From positions 1-64,000 of the forward strand of contig JAZKFH010000076.1 of the NCBI GenBank assembly GCA_040386535.1: 64,000 bases of DNA, read 5' to 3'. Positions 36,896 through 46,586 of the stretch are shown here, in pieces (positions within the stretch are counted from its first letter, which is position 1; the number at the start of each line of letters is the position of its first letter). A program made the translations under genes and the position numbers. The stretch is from Myxococcota bacterium. Its GTDB lineage: Bacteria; Myxococcota_A; UBA796; SXON01. The notes under the pieces were generated by a model. That model was not told the origin of the DNA. It did no database searches and worked only from the letters and a program-made list of their open reading frames with translations.

Positions 36896-37545
36896 CAGCG
36901 CACCCCCGGCTGGAGACGGTTCATCGTGCGGAGCTGCGCGTCGCTGATGCCGGGAATCGACTTGCCGTCCCATCCGAGCGCGGCGCGGGCGCGCACGTTC
37001 GTGGCGACGCTGGCGAGCGTGATCTGCTGGTCGGCAGGGGGCACGGGCAGGAAGCGGGCGTCGTACACCTTGTCCTGCGAGAGCATGAAGCGGATGACGA
37101 GCGGCGTGCCGTCGACCGGGCTCGGCCGGACGGTGAACTTGCCGATCCCCATGCCGACGGTGCCGTACACGCCCTTGGAGGGCTTGTCGGAGAGGAAGAG
37201 CAGCGTCTCTTCTCCGACGCTGTACCGGGCCGAGCCCGCCACCATCGTGGTCTTGTTGCCGACGGTGCCGCCTGCGGCCTCGACCGTGACGTAGTCGCCG
37301 GGGTCGGCGTTGCCCTTCATGCTCTCGTCGACGCGGACGAGCACGCGGGTCCAGGCGAACCCCTTCTCGTCTTCTTCGATCCACAGGGACTCGACCGTGC
37401 CGCGCAAGACGAGGTCGGCGGCGTCGGTCATCTGGTCGAGGGTCAGCGGAGCGACCGTGGTGGCGGAGGCCGGCGCCACTCTGACGGCAGAGTACGTGGC
37501 GACGGCGAGCGCCGCGACGAGCGCGAGGCGGGTGAGAAGCGGCAT
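36895..37545 (-). CDS. Exported protein, putative TIMP/NTR-like OB fold
   Basis: Signal peptide and the pattern LDQMTDAADLVLRGTV...V.E.MKG...GG.VG...GEE.LLFL. TGATG coupling to the protease gene. Confidence 0.7.
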   Translation of the reverse strand: MPLLTRLALVAALAVATYSAVRVAPASATTVAPLTLDQMTDAADLVLRGTVESLWIEEDEKGFAWTRVLVRVDESMKGNADPGDYVTVEAAGGTVGNKTTMVAGSARYSVGEETLLFLSDKPSKGVYGTVGMGIGKFTVRPSPVDGTPLVIRFMLSQDKVYDARFLPVPPADQQITLASVATNVRARAALGWDGKSIPGISDAQLRTMNRLQPGVR

Positions 37546-37794
37546 GGTCAACCTCTGTTCCCAGGGCGTAGCGCCGCACGGTAGCCGATCGCGCCTGCCC
37601 CCGTCAAGATGGGGGGCGGAGTCCGGGTGTCCGGAAGGGGGGGCAAAGGTGCGCTGGACAGGCACTCGTGCACGCCCACCGGATCGATCCGGTTGACTTC
37701 CTGCCCCTGTTCAACTATTCCTTCCCGTTCGTCAGACTGGCAGCTGTCTCTAGGCACCGTCGCCCAGGGCGCCACCCCCGCGAGGATTCCGCGA

Positions 37795-40548
37795 ATGTTG
37801 ACTGTGCGCACCCTCACCCCCCGCTTGATGGGGCTGTTCGGGGCCCTGCTCGCCCTCTCGGGGCTGGCCTACGGGTCGGCCACTTCAGGCACCATCAAGG
37901 GCCAGGTGATCGATGACGGAGGCCTGTCCATCCCCGGCGTCCTCATCACGTTGTCGTCCCCGTCGCTCATCGGTGGCGCACAGCAGCTGACCGCCGACGA
38001 GGAGGGGCGCTTCATCTTCGTCGAGCTCGCGCCGGGCACGTACGAGGCGGTGGCGCAGAAGTCGGGCTTCGGCCAGGTCCGCAAGACCAACGTCGAGGTC
38101 TCCCTCGGCCGCACGACCCAGCTCATCATGGAGATGAAGGTCGGCGCGGAAGAGCTCACCGTCGTGGCGAAGAAGCCCACGGTCGACACCGAGAAGGCCA
38201 GCAAGGGGGACACCTTCTCGAAGGAGTTCCTCTCCCGCATCCCGAGCGGCCGCAGCTACCAGGACGTGGTCGGGCAGACCGCCGGCGTCGTGGGTGGCGG
38301 CAACCCCTCCTCGGGCGGCGCGGCGACCAACGAGAACACGTTCATGCTCGACGGCACGAACATCACCGACCCGGTCACGGGCACGTTCTCGCTGAACTTC
38401 AACTTCGACGCGATCGAGGAGATCGAGGTCATCACCGGCGGGTTCGACCCGGAGTACGGCGAGAGCCTCGGCGCGGTGGTGTCGGTCGTGACGAAGTCGG
38501 GCGGCAACTCGCTCGAGGTCGTGGCGAACGCGTTCTACATGAACGGTGACTGGGGTCCCAAGATGGACTCCCGCTACACCGCGGACGGGTACGAGCTCTC
38601 CCCCACGGGGTTCGACGAGCAGGCCCAGACCGGCTCGATGGGCATCGTGGTGTCCGGTCCCATCGTGAAGGACAAGATCTGGTTCCTCGGCAGCTACACC
38701 TACGAGCGCACCCTGTACGCGAACGTGGGCGTGCAGCTCCCGCGCGACTTCGACGGGCACTACTTCTTCTCGAAGCTGACCGCCCAGCCCTCGAGCGCGC
38801 ACCGCTTCACGATGCAGTTCGCGACGAACCCGACCTCGATCGACAACATCGACCAGTCGGACACCCGCATCTACGCCGAGGCGCAGTCCCGCCAGGCGCA
38901 GGGCGGCTACCTCACGTCGTTGAAGTGGAACTGGTTCATCAACCCCGAGACCAATCTCGAGACGTTGGCGTCGTTCCAGAAGACCTTCATCGAGTCGGCG
39001 GGCGTGCCCTGCACGCATGACGGCAACCTCGGCTACCACCCCTGCGAGCCGACGGAAGAAGAGAACTACACCGACTACGACACGCCCGGCCACGTCGGCC
39101 TGTACGGCGCGTACGACAGCGCGAACTCCCCCGGGTACTACTTCGACGACCGCTACCGCGGCCAGCTCTCGACCAAGTACTCGTTGCTCCAGGTCAACTT
39201 CCTCGGGAAGCACGACCTGAAGGCCGGCGTCGACGGCAGCTACCTGCTGTGGGACCAGATCCAGGGCTACAACGGCAACCTGATCTTCTACGACCTGTAC
39301 GAGAACGCGTTCGACCCGGACACCCTCAAGAACTTCTACTGGATCGAGACCTCGGGCCCGTCCATCTACCGGTCGACCGGGTACCACGTCGGCGCGTTCA
39401 TCCAGGACGTGTACAAGCCGGTCGAGAACCTCACGTTCCGCTACGGTCTCCGCTACGACCGCGCCGTGCATCGCAACGACGCGGGCGTGCCCGTCGTCGA
39501 CGTGGGCCTGTTCGGACCGCGCGTGTACGCGGTCTGGGATCCGTGGGCGAACTCCAAGACCAAGATCTACGGCGGCTACGGGCGCTTCAACGACACCGGG
39601 CGCCTCTCGGTCGCGAGCTACCTCTCGCAGTCGAACCTCGGCCAGAAGGTCTTCTACGGTGAGGTCCTCGGCGACGCCGGTTCCGACGCGGCCTCCAGCG
39701 CGGGAGACTACTCGACCGACAACTCGATCACGGTGCTCGACGGCACGACGGCGCCGCACTCCGACGAGTTCAGCCTCGGCGCCGAGCGCGAGGTCATCAC
39801 CGACATCGCGGTGGGCGTGGACTTCACGGGCAAGTTCACCCGCAACATCTACAACTTCGACGAGACCAACCTCATCCACGACGAGGACGGCTACTCGTAC
39901 GTCGGCTCCGGTGACGGCACGCTCGACTCGTACTACCGCCTGCGCACCCCGGCGATCGCGCTCCGCGACTACTACCAGACCGACGTGACGATCCGCCGCA
40001 ACTGGGCCGATCGTTGGCTCCTGTCGGCCACGTACTCGTACGTCGTGAGCCGCGGTCGTGTCCAGAACGGCCTGTCGTCGGTGTTGTCGAACCCCGCGCA
40101 GCTCGACCTCTGGTACGGCAACCTGCCCTACGACTTCCGCCACCAGCTCAAGGTGCAGGCCGCATGGGACCTCCCCATCGACCCCTGGACCACCACCATC
40201 GGCATGAGCGGCCAGCTCTACTCCGGCGGCCCGCTGTCGCGGTTCTACTACTCGAGCGCGGACAGCCTCAGCGCCGGTGGCGACAGCTACAGCATGCTCA
40301 AGGAGCCGCGCGGTGAGTACGGCCGCTCCGGCGCGACGTGGGACGTGTCGATCCTCATCGAGCAGGACATCCCCGTCCGCAAGGGCAAGCTCTCCGCGAC
40401 GGCCCAGGTCGACAACCTGACCAACAACCAGTACCCCTACTACCTGGCCGACAGCTACGCCTACTACATCGACACCCAGAACCGGTACATCATCGGCTAC
40501 CGCCAGGACACGATCCAGGCTCAAGTCGGCGTCAAGTACGAGTTCTAG
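37795..40548 (+). CDS. Oar-like TonB-dependent transporter
   Basis: N-terminal carboxypeptidase-regulatory-like domain, plug (DAIEEIEVITGGFDPEYG...VTKSGGN), GPIVKDKIWF and terminal YEF. Confidence 0.9.
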   Translation: MLTVRTLTPRLMGLFGALLALSGLAYGSATSGTIKGQVIDDGGLSIPGVLITLSSPSLIGGAQQLTADEEGRFIFVELAPGTYEAVAQKSGFGQVRKTNVEVSLGRTTQLIMEMKVGAEELTVVAKKPTVDTEKASKGDTFSKEFLSRIPSGRSYQDVVGQTAGVVGGGNPSSGGAATNENTFMLDGTNITDPVTGTFSLNFNFDAIEEIEVITGGFDPEYGESLGAVVSVVTKSGGNSLEVVANAFYMNGDWGPKMDSRYTADGYELSPTGFDEQAQTGSMGIVVSGPIVKDKIWFLGSYTYERTLYANVGVQLPRDFDGHYFFSKLTAQPSSAHRFTMQFATNPTSIDNIDQSDTRIYAEAQSRQAQGGYLTSLKWNWFINPETNLETLASFQKTFIESAGVPCTHDGNLGYHPCEPTEEENYTDYDTPGHVGLYGAYDSANSPGYYFDDRYRGQLSTKYSLLQVNFLGKHDLKAGVDGSYLLWDQIQGYNGNLIFYDLYENAFDPDTLKNFYWIETSGPSIYRSTGYHVGAFIQDVYKPVENLTFRYGLRYDRAVHRNDAGVPVVDVGLFGPRVYAVWDPWANSKTKIYGGYGRFNDTGRLSVASYLSQSNLGQKVFYGEVLGDAGSDAASSAGDYSTDNSITVLDGTTAPHSDEFSLGAEREVITDIAVGVDFTGKFTRNIYNFDETNLIHDEDGYSYVGSGDGTLDSYYRLRTPAIALRDYYQTDVTIRRNWADRWLLSATYSYVVSRGRVQNGLSSVLSNPAQLDLWYGNLPYDFRHQLKVQAAWDLPIDPWTTTIGMSGQLYSGGPLSRFYYSSADSLSAGGDSYSMLKEPRGEYGRSGATWDVSILIEQDIPVRKGKLSATAQVDNLTNNQYPYYLADSYAYYIDTQNRYIIGYRQDTIQAQVGVKYEF

Positions 40549-40557
40549 GAGGACGGC

Positions 40558-41400
40558 ATGGTCACGATTCTGATTCTCGCCCTCGGCTGCGCCTACACTG
40601 AAGTCACCCCCGAGAAGGACATCTTCGGCACGGTCGTCGTGCCGAAGGCCGCGGCAACGCGGGCCCTCCCCGACGGGACCGAGGTGACGGACGCGCGCTT
40701 CATCGGCCCCATCTTCCTCGGCGCCTACGCCGGCATCGACGACGTGAGCTTCGGTTACCCGCACCCGTCGATGGGCCCCATCGTCACCGCGGACACCCCG
40801 GGTGACGCGTTCCCGTACGGCGGCACCACCGTCGGCCGGTTCGACTTCGCCTGCTACGAAGCGCTGGCGTGCAAGGTCGTGACCGGGCGCTTCACGGACT
40901 ACGACTCCATCCTGGAGTACTTCGGGAGCATGCTCGGAAACCCCGTCCAGGACGAGACCGGCGCGGACGTGTTGAACGGCAGCACGTTCCAGCAGGCCTG
41001 CTACGAGCACTTCTACGCCACCTCCGATCAAGAGATGGCGTTCCTCGGCGACCTCCAGTTCACCCAGAACGACGACGGAGACTTCGTCGCCGACTTCACG
41101 ATGCCGCACACGGTGTTCGTGGAGGGGATGACCATCTGGGGCTGGATGGACGCCCCCGCGATCGTGCCGGCGAACCCGACCGAGAGCGGCGGCTTCTCGA
41201 CCTGCGACCCCACCCAGGGTCGGGAGTTCGACGAGTACAACTCGAACTTCACCGAGGGTCGTGTCTACTTCGACGCGCTCAACACGCCCAGCCAGTACAT
41301 CTACGCGGGCGACTGGGTCGCGGATGGCGAGGCGGTCGTGAACAGTCCTGAAGACGAGCCTGTCGTTCGGCTCACGGTCGGCTTCGGCGTGGGGGGTTAG
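40558..41400 (+). CDS. Cys-containing hypothetical lipoprotein
   Basis: ALGC lipobox and AGGAGG RBS. Confidence 0.8.
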   Translation: MVTILILALGCAYTEVTPEKDIFGTVVVPKAAATRALPDGTEVTDARFIGPIFLGAYAGIDDVSFGYPHPSMGPIVTADTPGDAFPYGGTTVGRFDFACYEALACKVVTGRFTDYDSILEYFGSMLGNPVQDETGADVLNGSTFQQACYEHFYATSDQEMAFLGDLQFTQNDDGDFVADFTMPHTVFVEGMTIWGWMDAPAIVPANPTESGGFSTCDPTQGREFDEYNSNFTEGRVYFDALNTPSQYIYAGDWVADGEAVVNSPEDEPVVRLTVGFGVGG

Positions 41401-41404
41401 CGCG

Positions 41405-42310
41405 ATGCGTATCCATGGAAACCTGGCGCTCGGCGCCCTCCTCGGTCTGTCCGGCCTCGTTTCGGGCTGCTCGAACACGCGGGACCTCTTCCGGCCCGTC
41501 CTCACGGACGCGCCCTTCGTCGCCGACCTCGGTGAGCTGCGCGTCATCGACGCCGACGAGTTCGCCGCCACGGAGCCGACGGAGCTCCCGGGCGCGCTCT
41601 ATTACGGGCAGCTCGGCGCCTCGGAGAACCCGGGCATCTACGGCGGCGCCACGTTCCAGTTCCGCGGCACGGGCCGCGGGGTGTGCGTCGTGGTGGACCC
41701 CGAGGCGATGTTCTGGAACCGCCAGATCTCCACGCAAGAGGGGAACACGGTTCAGTACGAGTACGAGGACGTCTTCACGGACGACGGCGATCTGGACCTG
41801 TCCGTGGGGCTCAGCGCCTACTACACCGGCTCTCCCGGCAGTGAGATCGGCGACTTCAACGCCGTCTACGACGACCCCTCGGGAGTGGCGCACGAGCTTG
41901 CGTTCAACGAATGCATCCAGAGCGGCTACGGCGGGATCACCCCGGTGCACGCCGGTCGCGGTACGGTCGAGTACTGCGACGTCGACACCGACCTGCGCGA
42001 GGGCATCCTCTACACGGCCGTGCTCGAGACGTTCGCGCTCCCGATCGACGACAGCAAGCTCGCCTTCGGCACGATGGCGTTCGACGGCCCGTGCGCTGAG
42101 CTCCCCTGGGTGGACTCCAACGGCGTCGACCAGAGCGGCCCCTCCGAGTGCGTCATTCCGAACGAGGTCGGCAACGCCGACCCGGCGGGCCTCCCCGACG
42201 ACAAGTTGTGGTTCCCCGAGCTCGAATCCGCGTTGTGCACCGGCAAGATCAAGGTGAACAACTTCTGCAAGGATCACCCCGGCGAGGGCTGCCAGCCGCT
42301 CGAGGAGTAG
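41405..42310 (+). CDS. Cys-rich hypothetical lipoprotein
   Basis: VSGC lipobox and eight further Cys. Confidence 0.8.
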   Translation: MRIHGNLALGALLGLSGLVSGCSNTRDLFRPVLTDAPFVADLGELRVIDADEFAATEPTELPGALYYGQLGASENPGIYGGATFQFRGTGRGVCVVVDPEAMFWNRQISTQEGNTVQYEYEDVFTDDGDLDLSVGLSAYYTGSPGSEIGDFNAVYDDPSGVAHELAFNECIQSGYGGITPVHAGRGTVEYCDVDTDLREGILYTAVLETFALPIDDSKLAFGTMAFDGPCAELPWVDSNGVDQSGPSECVIPNEVGNADPAGLPDDKLWFPELESALCTGKIKVNNFCKDHPGEGCQPLEE

Positions 42311-42330
42311 GTCCCTCTCGGACCGGAGGC

Positions 42331-42364
42331 ACGGGGGCGGGCGACCGTCCCCGTTTCTCGTTTT
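42331..42364 (+). terminator. Intrinsic terminator of the transporter operon
   Basis: ACGGGGGCGG-GCGA-CCGTCCCCGT followed by a T-rich tract. Confidence 0.7.
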
Positions 42365-42427
42365 ACGCGCTCACGTCGCGCGCGAGGCCGGCTCCGCGCA
42401 GGGGCCGTGCCTAGGCTCGCGCGCGAG

Positions 42428-44044
42428 CTAACGCGCGAGCGTCCCGACGGTGCGATCCTCGATGACCGTGCCCGGGACGATACGGCGGAGCTGCACCGCC
42501 TCGGCGCCGGGCCAGAGCGTGCCCGGCTTCGCACCGTCGAGCTTCTGGGGGGCCGCGCCCTGCACGCCGTACCAGACCGCGCCGCTGGCTTCTTGCGTGA
42601 GGTAGTAGAACGGCCCGAATCCCCCCGGGAGCAGCGACACGACGCTGCCCGGCGCGGTCCACGGCAGGGGTACCGACTCCTCGACCACCTTGCCCGACAG
42701 GTCGGTCCACACCGAGCGGTAGGTGTCGCCGCGGGTGAGCACGGACAGGAGCGCGAGGCCGCCGGCGCGCTCGCCGCGATCGGGGAGGGTGTCGAACGCG
42801 AGGGCGGCGGGCGCCCACCCGTCCGTGAGCGCGGTGACGCGGCTGCCGCGGGCGCCGATCTCGGCGGGGAGGGCGGAGTCGACGCGGTAGACGTCGACCC
42901 CCGCGGCGTGCCCGAGGGCGAGCACGAGGTTGGAGCCGGCGTCGACCGCGGTGTTGACCGCGGTGGGGCGCGCCGGGAGGTGGGCCACCGTGCGGAGCAC
43001 CTGGCCACCACGATCGTCCATGCACAAGGCGATGACGGCGCCGCCGGCGCCGGAGGGATCCGGCACCCAGATCGGGACGACGGCGCCGCCGCGGGCGTCG
43101 GTCGTGCCGCGGCCGAGGAGCTCGGAGGTGGGGTACGGGATCGACACGGAGCGGGGCTTGCCGCGGAGGGTGGGCCCCTCGAGCCGGGCGAAGGTGTAGG
43201 TCTGGGGGCCGGCCTGCCAGTAGAGGTACCGGGAGAGGGCGTCGGTTGGGCGCGCGCGGGAGAGCGTCGGGTCGATCCGCTCGGGGAGGCGGGCGAGGAA
43301 GAACTGGCCGACCACCCGGGTGGGGGCCTTCGGATCGAGCTGCATCAGGTACAGATCGAAGCCGCCCGCGGCCTGGTGCACCCAGGGCACCATCGCGCCG
43401 ACGGACTGCTGGATGGCGCCTTCCCAGACGTACGAGCCGCTCACGGGCATGGCCGGGGCGAGGCGAATGCGCTGCGTGGGCAGCGTCACGACGGCGGCGG
43501 GGTCGTGCACGGCGACGGCGAGCTCCCAGGCGCCCGCGGCGAGCCCGCCCGACGAGGGGATCTCGAGCGTGACCTTGCGCTGGGCACGCGCGGGGATGGT
43601 CCACACGGTGGGGGGCTCGACGGGGGGCGGCGTGGTGTACCGCTCCCAGCGGGTCGCCCCGTTCTTCATCGTGAACCGCACGAGGTGCGGCCGCGCGCCG
43701 AGGTCGGGGAACGTGAGCGGCTTGTCGCCGTCGTTTCGGACGGTCACCGTGACGAGGATGGGGAAGCCGGTCAGGTACTCCCCGTGCAGATCGGCGGAGA
43801 CCCGCAGGCCCGCGGCGGTGGGGGCCTCGACGGCCGCCGCCGTGCCGCTGGTGCTGGCGGGGGCCTTCAGGGAGGCGGGCGGCACCGGCGCGGCGGGCAC
43901 GGGTGTGGCGGGCGTGGCGGACCCTTCGGAAGCCGCTCCAGGGGCCGTTCCGGGGGCCGCGGCGGCGGGCGCCTGGAGGACGAGCAGGGCGAGGAGGGCC
44001 GGTGCGCCGAGGGCGCTCGCGACGGTGCGTGCGAGGAGGTTCAT
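42428..44044 (-). CDS. Hypothetical exported protein
   Basis: Signal peptide, Ala/Pro linker, then an Ig-like V.VTVRN segment. Confidence 0.7.
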   Translation of the reverse strand: MNLLARTVASALGAPALLALLVLQAPAAAAPGTAPGAASEGSATPATPVPAAPVPPASLKAPASTSGTAAAVEAPTAAGLRVSADLHGEYLTGFPILVTVTVRNDGDKPLTFPDLGARPHLVRFTMKNGATRWERYTTPPPVEPPTVWTIPARAQRKVTLEIPSSGGLAAGAWELAVAVHDPAAVVTLPTQRIRLAPAMPVSGSYVWEGAIQQSVGAMVPWVHQAAGGFDLYLMQLDPKAPTRVVGQFFLARLPERIDPTLSRARPTDALSRYLYWQAGPQTYTFARLEGPTLRGKPRSVSIPYPTSELLGRGTTDARGGAVVPIWVPDPSGAGGAVIALCMDDRGGQVLRTVAHLPARPTAVNTAVDAGSNLVLALGHAAGVDVYRVDSALPAEIGARGSRVTALTDGWAPAALAFDTLPDRGERAGGLALLSVLTRGDTYRSVWTDLSGKVVEESVPLPWTAPGSVVSLLPGGFGPFYYLTQEASGAVWYGVQGAAPQKLDGAKPGTLWPGAEAVQLRRIVPGTVIEDRTVGTLAR

Positions 44045-44057
44045 CGAGGGCACTATG

Positions 44058-45260
44058 TCACGGGCTCCGTTCGGCTTCCAACAAACGCGCGAGCTCGGAT
44101 CGCGCTTCCGCAGGGGTCGTGATTGCGCCGTCGAGCTGGCGCGCACGGAGGGCCGCGAGGAGCCGGCCCATGTCGGGCCCCGGCGGCACCCCGAGGGCCG
44201 CGAGCTCCGCCCCCGAGAGCAGCGCGGGGAGGGGTGCGTCCCGCACGCCGAGGCGGGTCGCGGCGGCCAGGAGCGCGGGCGACTCCACGAGCGCGGCGAG
44301 GAGGTCCATGTCGGCCTCCTCGCCGAGGCGGCGGACGGTGGCATCGTCGGGAGCGTGCCCGCCCGCGAGGTCACGCCGGGCGATGAGCGAGAGCACCATG
44401 CGCCGCACCGGGTAGCCGCCGATGCGGAACACCCGGAGGCGGTCGAGCACGCGCTCGGCCTCCGCGGAGGTGTTGTGGGCGCACGCGGCGGCGTACAAGA
44501 GCGCGAGCCGACGGTTCGGCTCCTCCACGGGGGCGCACCCGATGCGATCGAGGGCCTCCGGAAACACGTCCCACTCGGGGAGCACCTTGCGCCAGATGCC
44601 CGCCCGCCGCGCCAAGTCCCACCCGGCCGCGCGCGAGCGCCCCTTGAGCAGCAACTTCTCGATCTCGCCGCGGATGCGCTCTGGCGGGAGCTCCTCGAGC
44701 GGCATGGCCGCGCACAACGCCTCGAGCGCGGGATCGACAGCGTAGTCGAAGCGCGCCGCAAACTGCGCGACCCGGAGCGCGCGGAGCGGATCCTCGCCGA
44801 ACGTGTGCGGGTCGACCGCGCGGAGCAGGTGCCGCGCGAGATCCTCGCGGCCGCCGAACGGATCTTCGTAGGCGCCGGTGAGCGGGTCGAACGCGATGGC
44901 GTTGATGGTGAGGTCGCGCCGCCGGGCGGCCTCCCGCACGCCGAGGTCGGGGTCGGACGTGGCGCGGATGCCCTTGTGCCCGACGCCCTCACGCTGATCG
45001 CGGCGGGGCAGGCTCACGTCGAGCTCGTGGCCCTCGTGGCGCACCTTGAGCACGCCGAACGCGCGCCCCACCTCGTTGACGTGCCCGAACCGCCGCAGGA
45101 TCCGCACGACGTCGTCGAGGGGGAGCCCGTGCACCTCGATGTCGAGGTCACCCACGGGCTGGCCGAGCAACGTGTCGCGCACCGATCCACCCACCACGAG
45201 GGCGCGGCCGCCGGCCTCGGCGAACTGGACGAAGAGGGGATGCAACGAGGCGGGGATCAT
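44058..45260 (-). CDS. cca: Class II tRNA nucleotidyltransferase (CCA-adding/PAP family)
   Basis: VGGSVRD, DLDIE, RRDLTINA, EDPLRALR and ERIRGEIEK. Confidence 0.88.
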   Translation of the reverse strand: MIPASLHPLFVQFAEAGGRALVVGGSVRDTLLGQPVGDLDIEVHGLPLDDVVRILRRFGHVNEVGRAFGVLKVRHEGHELDVSLPRRDQREGVGHKGIRATSDPDLGVREAARRRDLTINAIAFDPLTGAYEDPFGGREDLARHLLRAVDPHTFGEDPLRALRVAQFAARFDYAVDPALEALCAAMPLEELPPERIRGEIEKLLLKGRSRAAGWDLARRAGIWRKVLPEWDVFPEALDRIGCAPVEEPNRRLALLYAAACAHNTSAEAERVLDRLRVFRIGGYPVRRMVLSLIARRDLAGGHAPDDATVRRLGEEADMDLLAALVESPALLAAATRLGVRDAPLPALLSGAELAALGVPPGPDMGRLLAALRARQLDGAITTPAEARSELARLLEAERSP

Positions 45261-45412
45261 CGGACGCCTCCTATCGTTGCGTCGATCCGGGCGCGCTGGC
45301 CGCGGAGATCGCGCCCCGACGGGCTGAGCGATCGGGCGCCACGCGGGGCTTCTCCGCCCGCCGGGCGTCGCCGCCGCGTGATCCCGGTTAGCCCACACTC
45401 CCGGGAGGCTCC

Positions 45413-45955
45413 GTGCTCACCTCGCTCCTGTTCGCCTTCGCCCTGACCACCAGCTCCGTCGCCGCGCCCATCCCGGGGCCCAACGTGAAGGTGGGCGATC
45501 CCGCCCTGTTGTTCTCGCTCCCCGCCGTGAACGAGGAGGCGGCGCTCCGCGCCGTCGCGCGCCCGAGCGTGGCGCTCTCGGACTTCACCGGCGTGTTGCC
45601 CGGCTTCCCGGCGCGCGTGGTGGTCGTCCACTTCGTGCAGAAGGCCGGCGCCGAGGGCCAGCTCCAGGCCCTGAACCGCCTGCAACGCAAGTACGCCAAC
45701 CGCGGGGCCCGCTTCCTCGCGATCGTCGCGGACGACGGCGAGCTCGCCACGCTCTCCGCCTGGGTCGAGGGCCAGCGGCTCGAGTTCCCGGTGCTGCGGG
45801 ACGCCCACCGCGTCGTGGTCGATCGGTACGGCGTGAAGCAGTTCCCGCTCACCGTGGTGGTCGACGCGACCGGCGACATCCGCGCGCTCGGCGCCCCGAA
45901 GGACGACCTCGAGGCGAGCCTCGACGCGATCGTCGTGCCGTTCCTGACGGACTGA
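45413..45955 (+). CDS. TlpA/AhpC-like thioredoxin-fold protein with no cysteines
   Basis: VGDPA..FSL, VALSDF.G, VVVHF, FPVLRD and YGV..FP.TVVVD..G. No CxxC. Confidence 0.75.
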   Translation: MLTSLLFAFALTTSSVAAPIPGPNVKVGDPALLFSLPAVNEEAALRAVARPSVALSDFTGVLPGFPARVVVVHFVQKAGAEGQLQALNRLQRKYANRGARFLAIVADDGELATLSAWVEGQRLEFPVLRDAHRVVVDRYGVKQFPLTVVVDATGDIRALGAPKDDLEASLDAIVVPFLTD

Positions 45956-46476
45956 ACGCCTTCCTGACGGACTGACAGCACCGGATCGGCGCGGCAGGGG
46001 CGCGCAGGGCGGACCGCGTCCGCGCGGCTTCGGGCGGCGAGCGGGCTCATGTCCGGGTCATGCCCCTGCGAATGCGCGTTTGTCGGAGTCATGGCCTGGT
46101 GAGTGCACGTGGGGGCGCGCGGCCACGCGAACTCTCGGCGTTCGACCGTTCGCGTTCGGGCCGTGCGGGCGCCGGCGGCTCGAATTTGTGCATCCATGGG
46201 GGCATGACTTCGGGATTGCGGCGTTCGCCGGGGCATGGCTTCGTTTCACGTCGACGGGGGGGCGCCGACGGCCGCCCCCCCCCGCCGCCCGACGATGGCG
46301 GGGGGGCGGCGAGCGGGCTCATGTCCCGGTCATGCGCCTGCGAATGCGCGTTGTCCGGAGTCATGGCCGGGTGGGGGCGCCCAGGCCGGCGAATTCTCGG
46401 CGGTCGACGGACCGCCCGCGTGACCAGCACCGGATCGGCGCGGCAGGGGCGCGCAGGGCGGCCCGCGTCCGCGCGG
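45941..46476. repeat. Composite intergenic repeat region
   Basis: 15-bp duplication (45941-45955, 45961-45975), ~52-bp direct repeat (45976, 46425), ~67-bp direct repeat (46034, 46305), an inverted copy at 46188-46239 and a GC hairpin at 46271-46310. Confidence 0.8.
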
Positions 46477-46586
46477 GCCGGTTCCGGCCGTGCTCCGCCT
46501 CGGAGCGCGGCCGAACCGTAGCGCGCAGCGCGAAGCCCGGAGCCGACCCGACGGGGGCGTCCGCGCCCCCGGGCCGCCCAGCGCTC

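Noticed and set aside
33056..37294. Very long antisense ORFs (also 14209-17367, 26589-29516, 37885-41571, 46080-49664)
   Set aside because: These are shadow frames of well-supported genes, expected at this GC content.
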